Shown piece after piece: positions 1-9,201 of a stretch of DNA of 33,061 bases (within the stretch, counting starts at the first letter, position 1; every line of letters begins with the position of its first letter). A model generated the notes under the pieces. The model was not told the DNA's origin. It worked only from the letters and a program-made list of their open reading frames with translations, and ran no database searches. Origin of the DNA: Deltaproteobacteria bacterium. GTDB lineage: Bacteria; Desulfobacterota; JAFDIG01. Location of the stretch: the NCBI GenBank assembly GCA_019308145.1, contig JAFDIG010000008.1, positions 1 through 33,061 of the forward strand, read 5' to 3'. A program made the position numbers and the translations under genes.

Positions 1-60
1 TTTCTCCTGATACAAATCTTCCTTTATTTTCTTTTAACCTTTTGATAAGCCCTGGATGAA

Positions 61-2109
61 TCATTGGTTCTCTAAAGCTTTATCATAATGAGAAAATTGC
101 ATTGAAAATGTGCCTCTTCCTTGGGTTAAAGACCTTAAAGTGGTTGAATAACCAAAAAGTTTGGTAAGAGGTGTTATTGCCTCGATAATCGAAACCTTTC
201 CTTTAGAAGAAAGCGATTTTATCTCTCCTTTTCTTATATTAAGATCATTTATAACATCTCCCATAAACTCTTCAGGCACAATAATGTTTAGTTCCATAAA
301 TGGTTCAAGCAAAATAGGGTTAGCTTTACTTATACCCTGGTTAAAACCATTTATAGCAGCCATTTTTAAAGCAAGTTGACCATTTTCTTCTCTGTTGAGC
401 TCTATATTCTCTACAATTACCCTTATATCTGTTAATGGGTAGCCTAATACAGGTCCTACAGTGAGAGAGTCCCATATTCCCTCTTTAACTGACTCAATAA
501 ATTCCTGAGGGAATAACCCTTCTTCTATGATAGAGTGAACTTCATTTCCTTTTCCTCTTTCAAGTGGGGAGATGGTCAAATCAATTTTTGCACTTACAAA
601 GATTTCGCCAATCTGCTTTTCAAATTTGCCAAGGGCTTTTACTTCTTTGGTAATGGTTTCTCTATATACTACAGTTGGTTTGCCAACATGTACTTCAAGA
701 TTAAAATCAGTATAAAGACGGTTAATCAATACATCAATATGAAGTTCGCCCATGCCAGATATAATAATCTGTCCAGAATCTTCATCCATTTTTACTTTAA
801 AGGTAGGGTCCTCTTCAGCAAGCTTTGAGAGAGCTAAAGAAAGTTTTTCCTCATCTTTTGAGCTTTTTGGTTCAATTGCAACTGATATAACAGGTTTATA
901 AAACTCTATTGGTTCAAGCAAAATAGGAGCTTGTTCAGAGCAAAGCGTATGACCAGTTGTAGTCTCTTTTAAACCTACTGCACCAGCGATTTCACCTGCT
1001 TCAACCTTATCTATCCTTTGACGTCTGTTAGCATGGATCTTAAATAACCTTGCTACTCTCTCTTTTTTTCTTAAAGTCGAGTTATAAACCTCTTCACCTA
1101 TTTTTAATGATCCAGAATATATCCGAAGAAAAGTGAGTTTTCTCCCTTCATCCATCTGGATCTTGAAAGCCAATGCACAAAAAGATTCAGACAAGTCAGC
1201 TTTTCTTATTTCCTCTTTTCCTGTAATAGGATTGATTCCTCTGATCGGCGGTATATCAAGAGGCGATGGCAAGAAATCTACCACGGCATCTAAAAGAGGC
1301 TGAATTCCCTTATTTTTTAAAGCAGAACCACATAAAACAGGTTGAGCCTTAAGGTTCACCGTCATCTTTCTTATTGCCTTTATTAACTCATCTTCCCTGA
1401 TCTCTTCCCCTGAGAGATATTTTTCCATGATTTCATCATCATCTTCTGCAACCTGTTCAATCATTTTTTCTCTATAATTTTTTGCATCATCTTTAAATGA
1501 TGAAGGAATTTCTATATATTTATATTTAGCTCCCAGAGTTTCATCTTCCCAAACAACTGCTTTCATCTTTATAAGATCGATTACTCCTTCAAATGTGTCT
1601 TCTTTTCCCATAGGAAGCTGAATAATAAGAGGATTTGCGCCCAATTTTTCTTTCATCATCTCAATGCATCCAAAATAATCAGCTCCGACTCTGTCCATTT
1701 TGTTTACAAAAGTGATTCGGGGTATCCGATATTTATCTGCTTGATGCCATACTGTTTCTGATTGAGGTTCTACTCCCCCAACACCGCAAAATACAGCTAT
1801 TACACCATCTAAAACCCTTAAGCATCTCTCCACTTCTATTGTAAAGTCAACATGGCCAGGGGTATCGATAATTTCTATCTCTTTACTCCTCCAAAAGCAT
1901 GTAGTAACAGCAGAGGTTATAGTAATTCCTCTTTCTTGTTCCTGTTGCATATAATCCATTACAGTATCACCATCATGCACTTCACCCATTTTATAAGTGC
2001 GGCCCGTGTAATAGAGAATCCTTTCAGTAACAGTTGTTTTACCAGCATCGATATGAGCTGTTATACCTATGTTGCGGATATTTGCTAAACGGTTTTTCTT
2101 TTTTGCCAT
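61..2109 (-). CDS. fusA: Elongation factor G family translational GTPase (stand-alone copy, not in str-operon context)
   Basis: 682-aa ORF with G-domain motifs AHIDAGKTT (G1), DTPGHVDF (G3) and NKMD (G4). Length and the C-terminal [12 protein letters not shown] segment are typical of EF-G. ATG at 2109-2107. Confidence 0.9.
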   Translation of the reverse strand: MAKKKNRLANIRNIGITAHIDAGKTTVTERILYYTGRTYKMGEVHDGDTVMDYMQQEQERGITITSAVTTCFWRSKEIEIIDTPGHVDFTIEVERCLRVLDGVIAVFCGVGGVEPQSETVWHQADKYRIPRITFVNKMDRVGADYFGCIEMMKEKLGANPLIIQLPMGKEDTFEGVIDLIKMKAVVWEDETLGAKYKYIEIPSSFKDDAKNYREKMIEQVAEDDDEIMEKYLSGEEIREDELIKAIRKMTVNLKAQPVLCGSALKNKGIQPLLDAVVDFLPSPLDIPPIRGINPITGKEEIRKADLSESFCALAFKIQMDEGRKLTFLRIYSGSLKIGEEVYNSTLRKKERVARLFKIHANRRQRIDKVEAGEIAGAVGLKETTTGHTLCSEQAPILLEPIEFYKPVISVAIEPKSSKDEEKLSLALSKLAEEDPTFKVKMDEDSGQIIISGMGELHIDVLINRLYTDFNLEVHVGKPTVVYRETITKEVKALGKFEKQIGEIFVSAKIDLTISPLERGKGNEVHSIIEEGLFPQEFIESVKEGIWDSLTVGPVLGYPLTDIRVIVENIELNREENGQLALKMAAINGFNQGISKANPILLEPFMELNIIVPEEFMGDVINDLNIRKGEIKSLSSKGKVSIIEAITPLTKLFGYSTTLRSLTQGRGTFSMQFSHYDKALENQ

Positions 2110-2141
2110 ATGTACCCCAGTTTATATTTTGAAATTATAAA

Positions 2142-2170
2142 ATCTTAATCTCTTTTATTTTTTATGTCAA
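2142..2170 (-). promoter_or_regulatory. Candidate sigma70 promoter for the EF-G gene
   Basis: Read on the minus strand: TTGACA (2170-2165), 17-nt spacer, TAAGAT (2147-2142). It lies about 30 nt upstream of the ATG at 2109. Confidence 0.35.
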
Positions 2171-2195
2171 ATAAAGAATGAAGCCATTTCTTTTC

Positions 2196-2224
2196 TTGAC
2201 AAAAATTTTTTAATTTTTTATAAT
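2196..2224 (+). promoter_or_regulatory. Consensus sigma70 promoter for the 2283-5427 gene string
   Basis: TTGACA (2196-2201), exactly 17-nt spacer, TATAAT (2219-2224). It lies about 58 nt upstream of the ATG at 2283. Confidence 0.55.
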
Positions 2225-2282
2225 TATTTCAATTGAAATTAATGAATTAAATTAATCTTTCATTCTTCTATTTTGAAACACA

Positions 2283-2861
2283 ATGAAGATAAAAAAAATA
2301 AAGATTAAAGAGGTATTAGAAGAAGAGTTGAAAGGTGGCTCTTCTGATCTTGTAACTCGTGAGACTGGTAATATAGTAAGAAATAGGTTAGAAAATGAAA
2401 TCTCTTTTCCTGGTGATGCTATAATTTCTCTTGACTTTTCTGATATTGGGATTATAGATTACTCCTGTGCAGATGAGGTGATATCTAAACTTATATCTCG
2501 TGTTAATAGTATGGAATACGGGGAAAAATTTATTCTCTTAACTAATTTAACAGATGAGCAAAAAGAAAATATTCAAGTGGCTTTAGAAAGAAAAAAGTTA
2601 GCGGTTATTTATTATGATAAAGATAAAAAATGGGAACTTTTAGGGACCCTTAACAATTACCTAACAAAAACACTTGAAATTATAATGGAAAAGGGTTATA
2701 TAACCTTGCGTGGGTTAGCTGAATATTTAAACATAGGGTTAAACACGAGCGGTACAAGGTTGCTTAATCTTTATAAGAAAAGGTTGGTTTATAGAGAAGA
2801 AAGTGTTAGTCCTGAAGCAGGGCGACAATTTATCTATCATCCTATTTCACCAGGAGAGTAA
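2283..2861 (+). CDS. Hypothetical protein: N-terminal STAS-like domain (resembles DUF4325) fused to a C-terminal winged-helix DNA-binding domain
   Basis: 192-aa ORF. The segment TRETGNIVRNRLENEIS..GDAIISLDFSDIGIIDYSCADEVISKLI matches my recollection of the DUF4325 pattern (sR..g..vr..i ... v.lDF.gV..is.sFadE). The C-terminal ITLRGLAEYLNIGLNTSGTRLLNLYKKRLVYRE looks like a MarR/ArsR-type wHTH. Family assignment is from memory, not searched. Confidence 0.6.
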   Translation: MKIKKIKIKEVLEEELKGGSSDLVTRETGNIVRNRLENEISFPGDAIISLDFSDIGIIDYSCADEVISKLISRVNSMEYGEKFILLTNLTDEQKENIQVALERKKLAVIYYDKDKKWELLGTLNNYLTKTLEIIMEKGYITLRGLAEYLNIGLNTSGTRLLNLYKKRLVYREESVSPEAGRQFIYHPISPGE

Positions 2862-2862
2862 A

Positions 2863-3075
2863 ATGGTTTGGGCGTTAAAAAAAGGTTTAATTGGTATAAC
2901 CCTTAAATCCCTTCCAGAAGATTGTAGCGTTTGCCCTTGGTTTGAATCAATAGAAAAAGAAACAAAATGCAAAAACTATAAAAAACTTTTTTGTCCTTAT
3001 AGATGGAAAAAAGATAATGTTGATAATGTTATTGATCAAAATTTAAATATTAAATCTCGTTCTCACCCCCTTTAA
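2863..3075 (+). CDS. Small (70 aa) Cys-containing hypothetical protein
   Basis: The ATG at 2863 lies 1 nt after the TAA (2859-2861) of the upstream gene, with AGGAG at 2852-2856. Four Cys are arranged CSVC-x11-C-x7-C. The ORF-track start at 2803 overlaps the upstream gene and was trimmed. Confidence 0.45.
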   Translation: MVWALKKGLIGITLKSLPEDCSVCPWFESIEKETKCKNYKKLFCPYRWKKDNVDNVIDQNLNIKSRSHPL

Positions 3076-3088
3076 ATTTTTTTAATTA

Positions 3089-4513
3089 ATGTATTTTAAA
3101 AACTCTCTCTTTTATCAATTGAAGAATAAGTCAAAAAAAGGAAGACGTAGATTAGCATTTTTAATTGGATTTATAATTTTATTTTCTAATATCATTTTAT
3201 TTTTCCCTTTTAAACATAGCCAAGAAAAAGTCTTATCACAACCTAACCAAGAAGGGAAACCTATTCAAAATTCCTTAAGCACCTCATCTTCCGAAAGAGA
3301 AACTCTATTTGTTTTAAGGGGTAAGATAAAAAAAGGTGAGTCATTTATTAAAAGTTTGAAAAAAGCTAATATTCCATCCTCTATTGCTTTTCAAATCGTT
3401 GCTCATCTCAAAGATATTATGGATTTTAAACTCTTAATGCCAGGCGATACCTTTTCTGCTACTTTAGATAAAGATGGCAATTTAGTCTATTTTGAATACC
3501 AAAGAGGACCAACCACTTTATATATAATTGAAAGAAAAGATGACAACCTTTTTGGATATAGAAAGGATATTATATTAGAAAAAAAGATCTTTAGGGCTTC
3601 TGGTACTGTTAATTCTTCTCTTTTTGATTCCATTAATGCTTTAGGTGAAAAAGATTACTTAGCAATAAATTTTCTTGATATCTTTGTATGGGATATTGAT
3701 TTTTTTACTCAATGCCAACCAGGGGATCATTTTGAGATGATTTTTGAAAAATATTTTGATGATGAAAAATTTATTAAATATGGTCATATTTTGGCTGCTA
3801 TGTATAAAAATAAAAAAAGAAAATTTTATGCTTTTTATTTTAAAGGAAAGAAAACAAAACAAGGTTATTATACTGAAAAAGGGTTTGCTACAAAAAAAGC
3901 GTTTGTAAAAGCTCCCTTACGATATACAAGAATAAGCTCTCGCTTTTCTTATAGAAGAAAACACCCAATTTTGGGTGGATATCGTCCTCATTTAGCAGTT
4001 GATTATGCTGCACCAAAAGGTACTCCTGTTTGGGCTGTTGGTGATGGGATAGTAACCTTCGCAGGCTGGGATAGAGGATATGGTTACATGGTAGCAATAA
4101 AACATAAAAATGGGTTTTCAACATATTATGGCCATTTGTGCAAGATAGCAAGAGGAATAAGAAAGGGTATTAAAGTAAAACAGATGCAAACCATAGGCTA
4201 TGTTGGCGCAACTGGCTTAGCTACAGGCCCGCACCTTGATTTCAGAGTAAAATTGAGGAGGAAATTCTTAAATCCCCTTAAGGTTGTTTACCCTCCTGGA
4301 AAACCTGTAGATAAGATAGATAAAAGCGCTTTTTTAAAACTAAAACAAAAATTTATAACTATCATGGGAAAAGAAACTCCTGCTGGTTCTAGAGAAATAA
4401 AGGATCTTCCTTTACCAAAATTTATGAGCCTTAATAAAAAAAATAATAATGAAAAATTTAAAGAAACTTATAAGTTGTGTCTTAGGGAAATTACTATCCA
4501 CTCTTCTTATTAA
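3089..4513 (+). CDS. Membrane-anchored M23 (LytM-domain) peptidoglycan metalloendopeptidase, MepM/Csd3-like
   Basis: 474-aa ORF with an N-terminal TM helix (LAFLIGFIILFSNIILFF). M23 motifs present: HLAVDYAAP (HxxxD), YYGHL and TGPHLDF (HxH position, here HxD). Confidence 0.88.
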   Translation: MYFKNSLFYQLKNKSKKGRRRLAFLIGFIILFSNIILFFPFKHSQEKVLSQPNQEGKPIQNSLSTSSSERETLFVLRGKIKKGESFIKSLKKANIPSSIAFQIVAHLKDIMDFKLLMPGDTFSATLDKDGNLVYFEYQRGPTTLYIIERKDDNLFGYRKDIILEKKIFRASGTVNSSLFDSINALGEKDYLAINFLDIFVWDIDFFTQCQPGDHFEMIFEKYFDDEKFIKYGHILAAMYKNKKRKFYAFYFKGKKTKQGYYTEKGFATKKAFVKAPLRYTRISSRFSYRRKHPILGGYRPHLAVDYAAPKGTPVWAVGDGIVTFAGWDRGYGYMVAIKHKNGFSTYYGHLCKIARGIRKGIKVKQMQTIGYVGATGLATGPHLDFRVKLRRKFLNPLKVVYPPGKPVDKIDKSAFLKLKQKFITIMGKETPAGSREIKDLPLPKFMSLNKKNNNEKFKETYKLCLREITIHSSY

Positions 4514-4524
4514 AGGGATTTTAT

Positions 4525-5427
4525 ATGACTATTCCACAAAAGATTACAGAGAATGTTACAATTTTAGGAACATATGAGTTTAACCAATACCTTATAAAAG
4601 GTGATGATGGTTATATCATCATAGAGGGGGGAATAAGCGCTCAAACAGAAAAACTAAAGGATCAGATAAAAAACCTCGGTGTTAATTTTCATGATATCCA
4701 CACTTTGGTTGTTTTACATGCTCACTTTGATCATATCATGACTTTTCCTTATATTATGCATGAGTTCCCTTGGATTAAGCTTGCTATTCCTAAAAAAGCT
4801 GAAAATATTTTAAAGAACCCAAGAATCATCTCAAAAATCCTTATATCTGATAAAAAAGTATCTTTCAATGCTAAAGAAAAAGGGTTAATAAAAGACCTCC
4901 CTCAATATTTTGATTTTAAAGACCTCCCTTTTGATATTTTGCTAACAGAAAATGATACTCTATTTTTAGATGAAAAAGAGAGAATAAGATTTTTAGATGT
5001 TCCAGGCCATTCACCTGATGGTATGGCTGCATTTATGGAAAATGGAAAAGTCCTTTTTGTTTCAGATGCAGCAGGGGTTCTCTTTGATAATCATCCATAC
5101 AAACCAAACTATTTTTTTAATATGGGACATTATCTTAACTCCCTTTCTAAGTTAAAAGATTTGGATGCTGAGTTTTTATGTTTTGGCCATAATGGATTTT
5201 TAAAAGGGAAAGAAAGGATAAGGGTTTTCTTTGATAATGCAATACTTAAAACTAAAGAATTTTCTCAAGTGATTTTAGATGAGTTAAAAGCTGGCAGAAG
5301 TGAAGACGAGATTGCTTCAGTGTTAACTAAGAAATTCTCTGTCGGTTTCCTTAAGCTTTTTCCTATGCAAGATAACCTTCGTCTCTGGAAGATTATGGTT
5401 CAAAGGAGTAAGGAGTATTCTTTTTAA
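4525..5427 (+). CDS. MBL-fold metallo-hydrolase
   Basis: 300-aa ORF with HAHFDH (HxHxDH) followed by VPGHSPDG and FGHNG, typical beta-lactamase-fold metal ligands. It starts 11 nt after the M23 gene. Confidence 0.8.
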   Translation: MTIPQKITENVTILGTYEFNQYLIKGDDGYIIIEGGISAQTEKLKDQIKNLGVNFHDIHTLVVLHAHFDHIMTFPYIMHEFPWIKLAIPKKAENILKNPRIISKILISDKKVSFNAKEKGLIKDLPQYFDFKDLPFDILLTENDTLFLDEKERIRFLDVPGHSPDGMAAFMENGKVLFVSDAAGVLFDNHPYKPNYFFNMGHYLNSLSKLKDLDAEFLCFGHNGFLKGKERIRVFFDNAILKTKEFSQVILDELKAGRSEDEIASVLTKKFSVGFLKLFPMQDNLRLWKIMVQRSKEYSF

Positions 5428-5485
5428 AAATTCTTACAAAAATTATAAACTCTTTTGCTTTTTCAAGCTTTACATATCCCCTAAT

Positions 5486-6445
5486 TTACCTTGTTTCCTC
5501 TAAAATATCTGCTCTATTCCCTGAAACTCTTTTAGAGAATCTTTCTATAATCTTTTTAGAAGGTATTCCTGCCCTTCCCCCTATCTCTTTACATTTATTT
5601 GCAGCTACAAAATTTGAAAATCTTATGATATCAATAATATCCCATCCTTTTAATAGGCCATAAATAAAACCTGCATGAAAAACATCTCCTGCTCCAGTCG
5701 TGTCTATTGCTTTTATCTTAAATCCAGGGATTATAATCATTTCCTTTTTATCCTTTATAAAAGCTGCTCCTTTCTCTCCAAGTGTTGATACAACTAAACC
5801 TTTGTGAATTCTTGAAAGCTCTATTAATGCATTGTTAAATTTATCTTTTCCAGTAAATCGTATTGGAAATCTTTCAGAAGTAATAAGATAATCAATCAAG
5901 GGTACAAGTTCATAGGTTTTTTTCTCCACCTTATCTGCATCAAGGATAGTAGGGATCTTTGATCTTTTTGCCCACCTTGCTGCTACAATGGAAGCATCAA
6001 TATCATGCCCATCTAAATGAAGGAGCTTTCCAGAACAGATCTCTTCTTCTTTTAACTCCCCCTTTTTATAAAGAAGCTTTTTATCTCTATGCCAGAAGAT
6101 CGTTCTTTTTGCCCCTTTTTTCTCTATAATAATATAAGCAAACTGAGTGGTTGCGGTTTTTTCTATTTTAACACTCTTTATATCTATCCCCTCATTTTTT
6201 AATTCCTCTAGTACCAATTTCCCATACGCATCATTTCCTACTTTTCCAACATATTTGACCTTAACTCCCCAGCGAGCCAATGCTACCATGGCAGTAGCAA
6301 CCTGACCTCCTCCCTGGCGTGAAAATTTCAGTATCTCTTGCTTTGAATCAATCGGTGGATATGATTCTACTATGCATAGATGATCAATAGAATTAAGACC
6401 AAAGCCAACAACATCAAATAAAGTATCTTTCTTATACATTTTCAC
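5486..6445 (-). CDS. PfkB/ribokinase-family carbohydrate kinase
   Basis: 319-aa ORF with N-terminal GGGQVATAMVALARWG and a C-terminal DTTGAGDVFHAGF anion-hole/ATP motif. The ORF-track start at 6445 is a GTG, and the ATG two codons downstream (6439) is an equally likely start. Confidence 0.85.
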   Translation of the reverse strand: MKMYKKDTLFDVVGFGLNSIDHLCIVESYPPIDSKQEILKFSRQGGGQVATAMVALARWGVKVKYVGKVGNDAYGKLVLEELKNEGIDIKSVKIEKTATTQFAYIIIEKKGAKRTIFWHRDKKLLYKKGELKEEEICSGKLLHLDGHDIDASIVAARWAKRSKIPTILDADKVEKKTYELVPLIDYLITSERFPIRFTGKDKFNNALIELSRIHKGLVVSTLGEKGAAFIKDKKEMIIIPGFKIKAIDTTGAGDVFHAGFIYGLLKGWDIIDIIRFSNFVAANKCKEIGGRAGIPSKKIIERFSKRVSGNRADILEETR

Positions 6446-6706
6446 TTTTTAGGCTATAAATTGATGGGACAGTTATAATCTAAAACTTTTTTATTTGCAT
6501 TATAAATAATAGGGTATAACTATTCAAGCAGAATAGGAAGATTAATAAGAATTTCTTTACCTTTTTATACAATATAACTCTTTTTTAACAACCTACTCTT
6601 GACTTTTAATATAGTTAGATATAGTTTGATTATATTTACAATATTGCTAATTCAAATAGTTGAATATAAATAGCAAGGTTTTCCTTTTTGAACAAATATC
6701 TATCTT

Positions 6707-8287
6707 ATGAGATCATATAGTAGTGATATCTTTAATTTATATTTATTGGCTTTAACCCTTTATGCTCTATTCATTTTTGGTTTTAATATTGGTTCATCCA
6801 GCAAATTTAATTCTCACGAATCTTTAGTTGCTGAAACTGTTCAAGAGATGCAACAGAAACACGAGTTTTTAATCCCTTATTTTAATGGTAAAGTTAGGTT
6901 ACAAAAACCGCCTCTTCAGTACTGGTTGGTAATGGCATCATCTTCAATTTTTGGAAAACTCGATGAATTTTCGGCACGAATCCCATCCCTTTTAGCTTCT
7001 TTATCAAGTGTAGTTTTTATAGCTATTATTGGGAAAATCCTTTTTAATCAAAACATAGGAATATTATCCTCTTTAATTTTTTCAACCTCATCTTTTATGA
7101 TACCAGCATCAAGAAGTGCCAAAGTTGATATGGTTCTTACATTCCTAATTCTCTTCGCTCATTTTTTAGCAATAAAAAGAATTTTTACCAATAATCATTA
7201 TAAATATACATTTTTACTTCTTTGGGTAATAACTGGCTTTGCTATTTTAGCAAAGGGTCCAATAGGATTTATCTTTATTATTTTACCAATATTAGCATAT
7301 TTGATATTTCAAAAAGATATAAAAACAATCAAAGACCTTTTTCACCCTTTTGGCATTATTATGTTTTTTCTAATATCTTTACCATGGTTTCTTTATATTT
7401 GGATGAAAATACCAGGGGCATTAAATCAATGGTATGTAGAGACTATAGGCAGGTTTTCTAATTTTGCAAGTGGAAGATCCTCTTTATATTATATTAAAGA
7501 ATTAATAACTCTTTATCTCCCTTGGAGCTTATTTATCCCTATTGCAATTTATTACCCATTGAAAAAAGAATTTAAAGAATATAAAAGCAGATTTTTATAT
7601 CTTGGCTTATGGTTTTTGGTTGGCTTTACCTTTTTAACTATTTCTGCTGGCAAAAGAGCTCACTATTTATATCCCATTTTACCTCCGCTTTCTTTTTTTA
7701 TTGCCATATCTTTATTTTCCTTTGAAAAATTAGTTTTTTACCTTATAAGGTTAAGAAAATATATTTTCTTGATAATATCAATTTTCTTTATTATAATATT
7801 TTTTTTATTTATAATATATTATTATTTTTTTGAATGTCATATAAGATTTGCGATCTTTTTTGTGTTATTATTTCTTTATTTTGGATTGATTGCTTTAATT
7901 TTTGCTCTCTCACATAAAAAGTTTGTTTTATCTTTTATTATTTTTCTAATTACTTATGCATTACTTATTGGGTTAGTCATGCATAATATCTATCCTTATA
8001 TTGAAAAAAATGGCTATATAGCATCTTTTTCTAAAAAAATAGATAGTTTTATTAAAAAAGATAAACAATTATATGAATTTCTATGGGCGCAACCATCAAT
8101 AGTATATTATTCAGGGAGACATATTAATATTATAAAGCCAAAAGAGAAAATTTATGAACTCATTCAAAAAGAGAACCTTTTATGTCTGATTATTAACGAA
8201 GAAGAGCTTAAATATTATAAAAATGAGTTAGAGGGCTTTAAAAAAACTCTTTTGTTAGAAAGCTATAATCCAAAAAAAATCTATTGA
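6707..8287 (+). CDS. Glycosyltransferase family 39 (ArnT/PMT-like) polytopic membrane protein
   Basis: 526-aa ORF, highly hydrophobic with many TM segments. The N-terminal ES.VAE..QEM ... KPPLQYWL loop is typical of ArnT/dolichyl-phosphate-mannose-type transferases. Confidence 0.75.
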   Translation: MRSYSSDIFNLYLLALTLYALFIFGFNIGSSSKFNSHESLVAETVQEMQQKHEFLIPYFNGKVRLQKPPLQYWLVMASSSIFGKLDEFSARIPSLLASLSSVVFIAIIGKILFNQNIGILSSLIFSTSSFMIPASRSAKVDMVLTFLILFAHFLAIKRIFTNNHYKYTFLLLWVITGFAILAKGPIGFIFIILPILAYLIFQKDIKTIKDLFHPFGIIMFFLISLPWFLYIWMKIPGALNQWYVETIGRFSNFASGRSSLYYIKELITLYLPWSLFIPIAIYYPLKKEFKEYKSRFLYLGLWFLVGFTFLTISAGKRAHYLYPILPPLSFFIAISLFSFEKLVFYLIRLRKYIFLIISIFFIIIFFLFIIYYYFFECHIRFAIFFVLLFLYFGLIALIFALSHKKFVLSFIIFLITYALLIGLVMHNIYPYIEKNGYIASFSKKIDSFIKKDKQLYEFLWAQPSIVYYSGRHINIIKPKEKIYELIQKENLLCLIINEEELKYYKNELEGFKKTLLLESYNPKKIY

Positions 8288-8402
8288 GACCTCATTATAA
8301 AAGGTTCTTTCTGTTAAAGTTATCTAAAAGTGATTTGAACTAAATAATAATATATAATGAGTATCTTATCTAACATGAATTTTTTACTTAACATTTAAAC
8401 TT

Positions 8403-9143
8403 TTGGCTATGGGAAAAGTATCAGGCAAAAATGAAAGAGGAAAAGGACATTTTAGGAGGCTCAAAGAAAAATATATAGAAAAAGGTGGGGACGCTTTAAC
8501 AGATGAAGAGATGCTTGAATTGCTTCTAATACTCGGAACCCCACGTGCTGATTGCAAACAACAGGCAAGAGAAGCTTTAAAAAGGTTTAAAACATTAAGA
8601 GGCGTTTTTGATGCCCCTACTCAGATACTCCAACAGATCCCAGGAGTTGGGCCAAAAAATAGTTTTGGCATAAGACTTGTTAAAGATGTTGCAAAAAGAT
8701 ATTTAAAACAAAAGGCTTTAGATACGGTATTTATTCATTCTCCAAAGGATATATTTGAATACCTTTATCTATCCTTAAGAGGTAAAGCACAAGAATTATT
8801 CCTTGTAATATTTTTAGACACAAAAAACAGAATAAAAGAGATAGAAGAGCTCTTTCAGGGTACTTTAAACGCAAGCGCTGTCTACCCAAGGGAAATCATT
8901 AAAAGGGCTATTGAGCTTAATTCAGCAAGCTTGGTTTTTGTTCATAATCATCCATCTGGTAGTGTTGAACCGTCAATCGAAGATAAAATTGTTACAAGAA
9001 ACCTTGTATTTGCTGCAAAGACAATATCCATAGATGTTCTTGATCATATCATTATAGGTGAAAATCGATACTTCAGTTTTGCTGACCATGGATATATTCA
9101 AAGATATAAAAATGAATTTGACAGGATTTTAAAAGAGATTTAA
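8403..9143 (+). CDS. radC: RadC-family (UPF0758) JAB/MPN-domain protein with N-terminal helix-hairpin-helix
   Basis: HNHPSG JAMM-like motif, an upstream IPGVGPK HhH motif and LSDEE-like LTDEEMLELLLILG. The track start at 8403 is TTG, and the ATG at 8409 is a plausible alternative start. Confidence 0.85.
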   Translation: MAMGKVSGKNERGKGHFRRLKEKYIEKGGDALTDEEMLELLLILGTPRADCKQQAREALKRFKTLRGVFDAPTQILQQIPGVGPKNSFGIRLVKDVAKRYLKQKALDTVFIHSPKDIFEYLYLSLRGKAQELFLVIFLDTKNRIKEIEELFQGTLNASAVYPREIIKRAIELNSASLVFVHNHPSGSVEPSIEDKIVTRNLVFAAKTISIDVLDHIIIGENRYFSFADHGYIQRYKNEFDRILKEI

Positions 9144-9201
9144 CTTATATTTTTAAAATGAATTCTAAATAAAACTAAAATCTCTATAAACAGGAGGAAT
9201 T

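Noticed and set aside
161-2088. Plus-strand ORFs 161-379, 535-828 and 1852-2088
   Set aside because: They lie entirely antisense within the well-supported EF-G gene. Their translations are low-complexity and F/I/S-rich with no motifs or RBS. They are typical shadow ORFs of an AT-rich genome.
2803-2862. Longer version of the small Cys-protein ORF starting at 2803
   Set aside because: It overlaps the 3' end of the upstream gene by 59 nt. The internal ATG at 2863 has an AGGAG RBS and sits 1 nt after the upstream stop, which is a more credible start.
3659-4151. Minus-strand ORFs 3659-3862 and 3888-4151
   Set aside because: They are antisense to the M23 peptidase gene and have no recognisable features.
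6644-6676. Nested inverted repeat TTGCTAATTCAA-ATAG-TTGAAT-ATAAA-TAGCAA, 30 nt upstream of the GT39 gene
   Set aside because: The arms are short (6+6 bp), interrupted and AT-rich. This is easily produced by chance in this composition, and there is no second copy or associated regulator.
7740-7900. Extremely AT-rich, repetitive-looking stretch (about 13% GC in one line) as a possible repeat array or CRISPR
   Set aside because: It is in frame within the GT39 ORF and encodes F/I/L/Y-rich transmembrane helices. There is no regular repeat-spacer periodicity.
8403-9143. RadC/JAB gene as a marker of a mobile or anti-restriction island
   Set aside because: It is the full-length housekeeping-type RadC with an N-terminal HhH domain. 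Its neighbours are not mobile-element genes.
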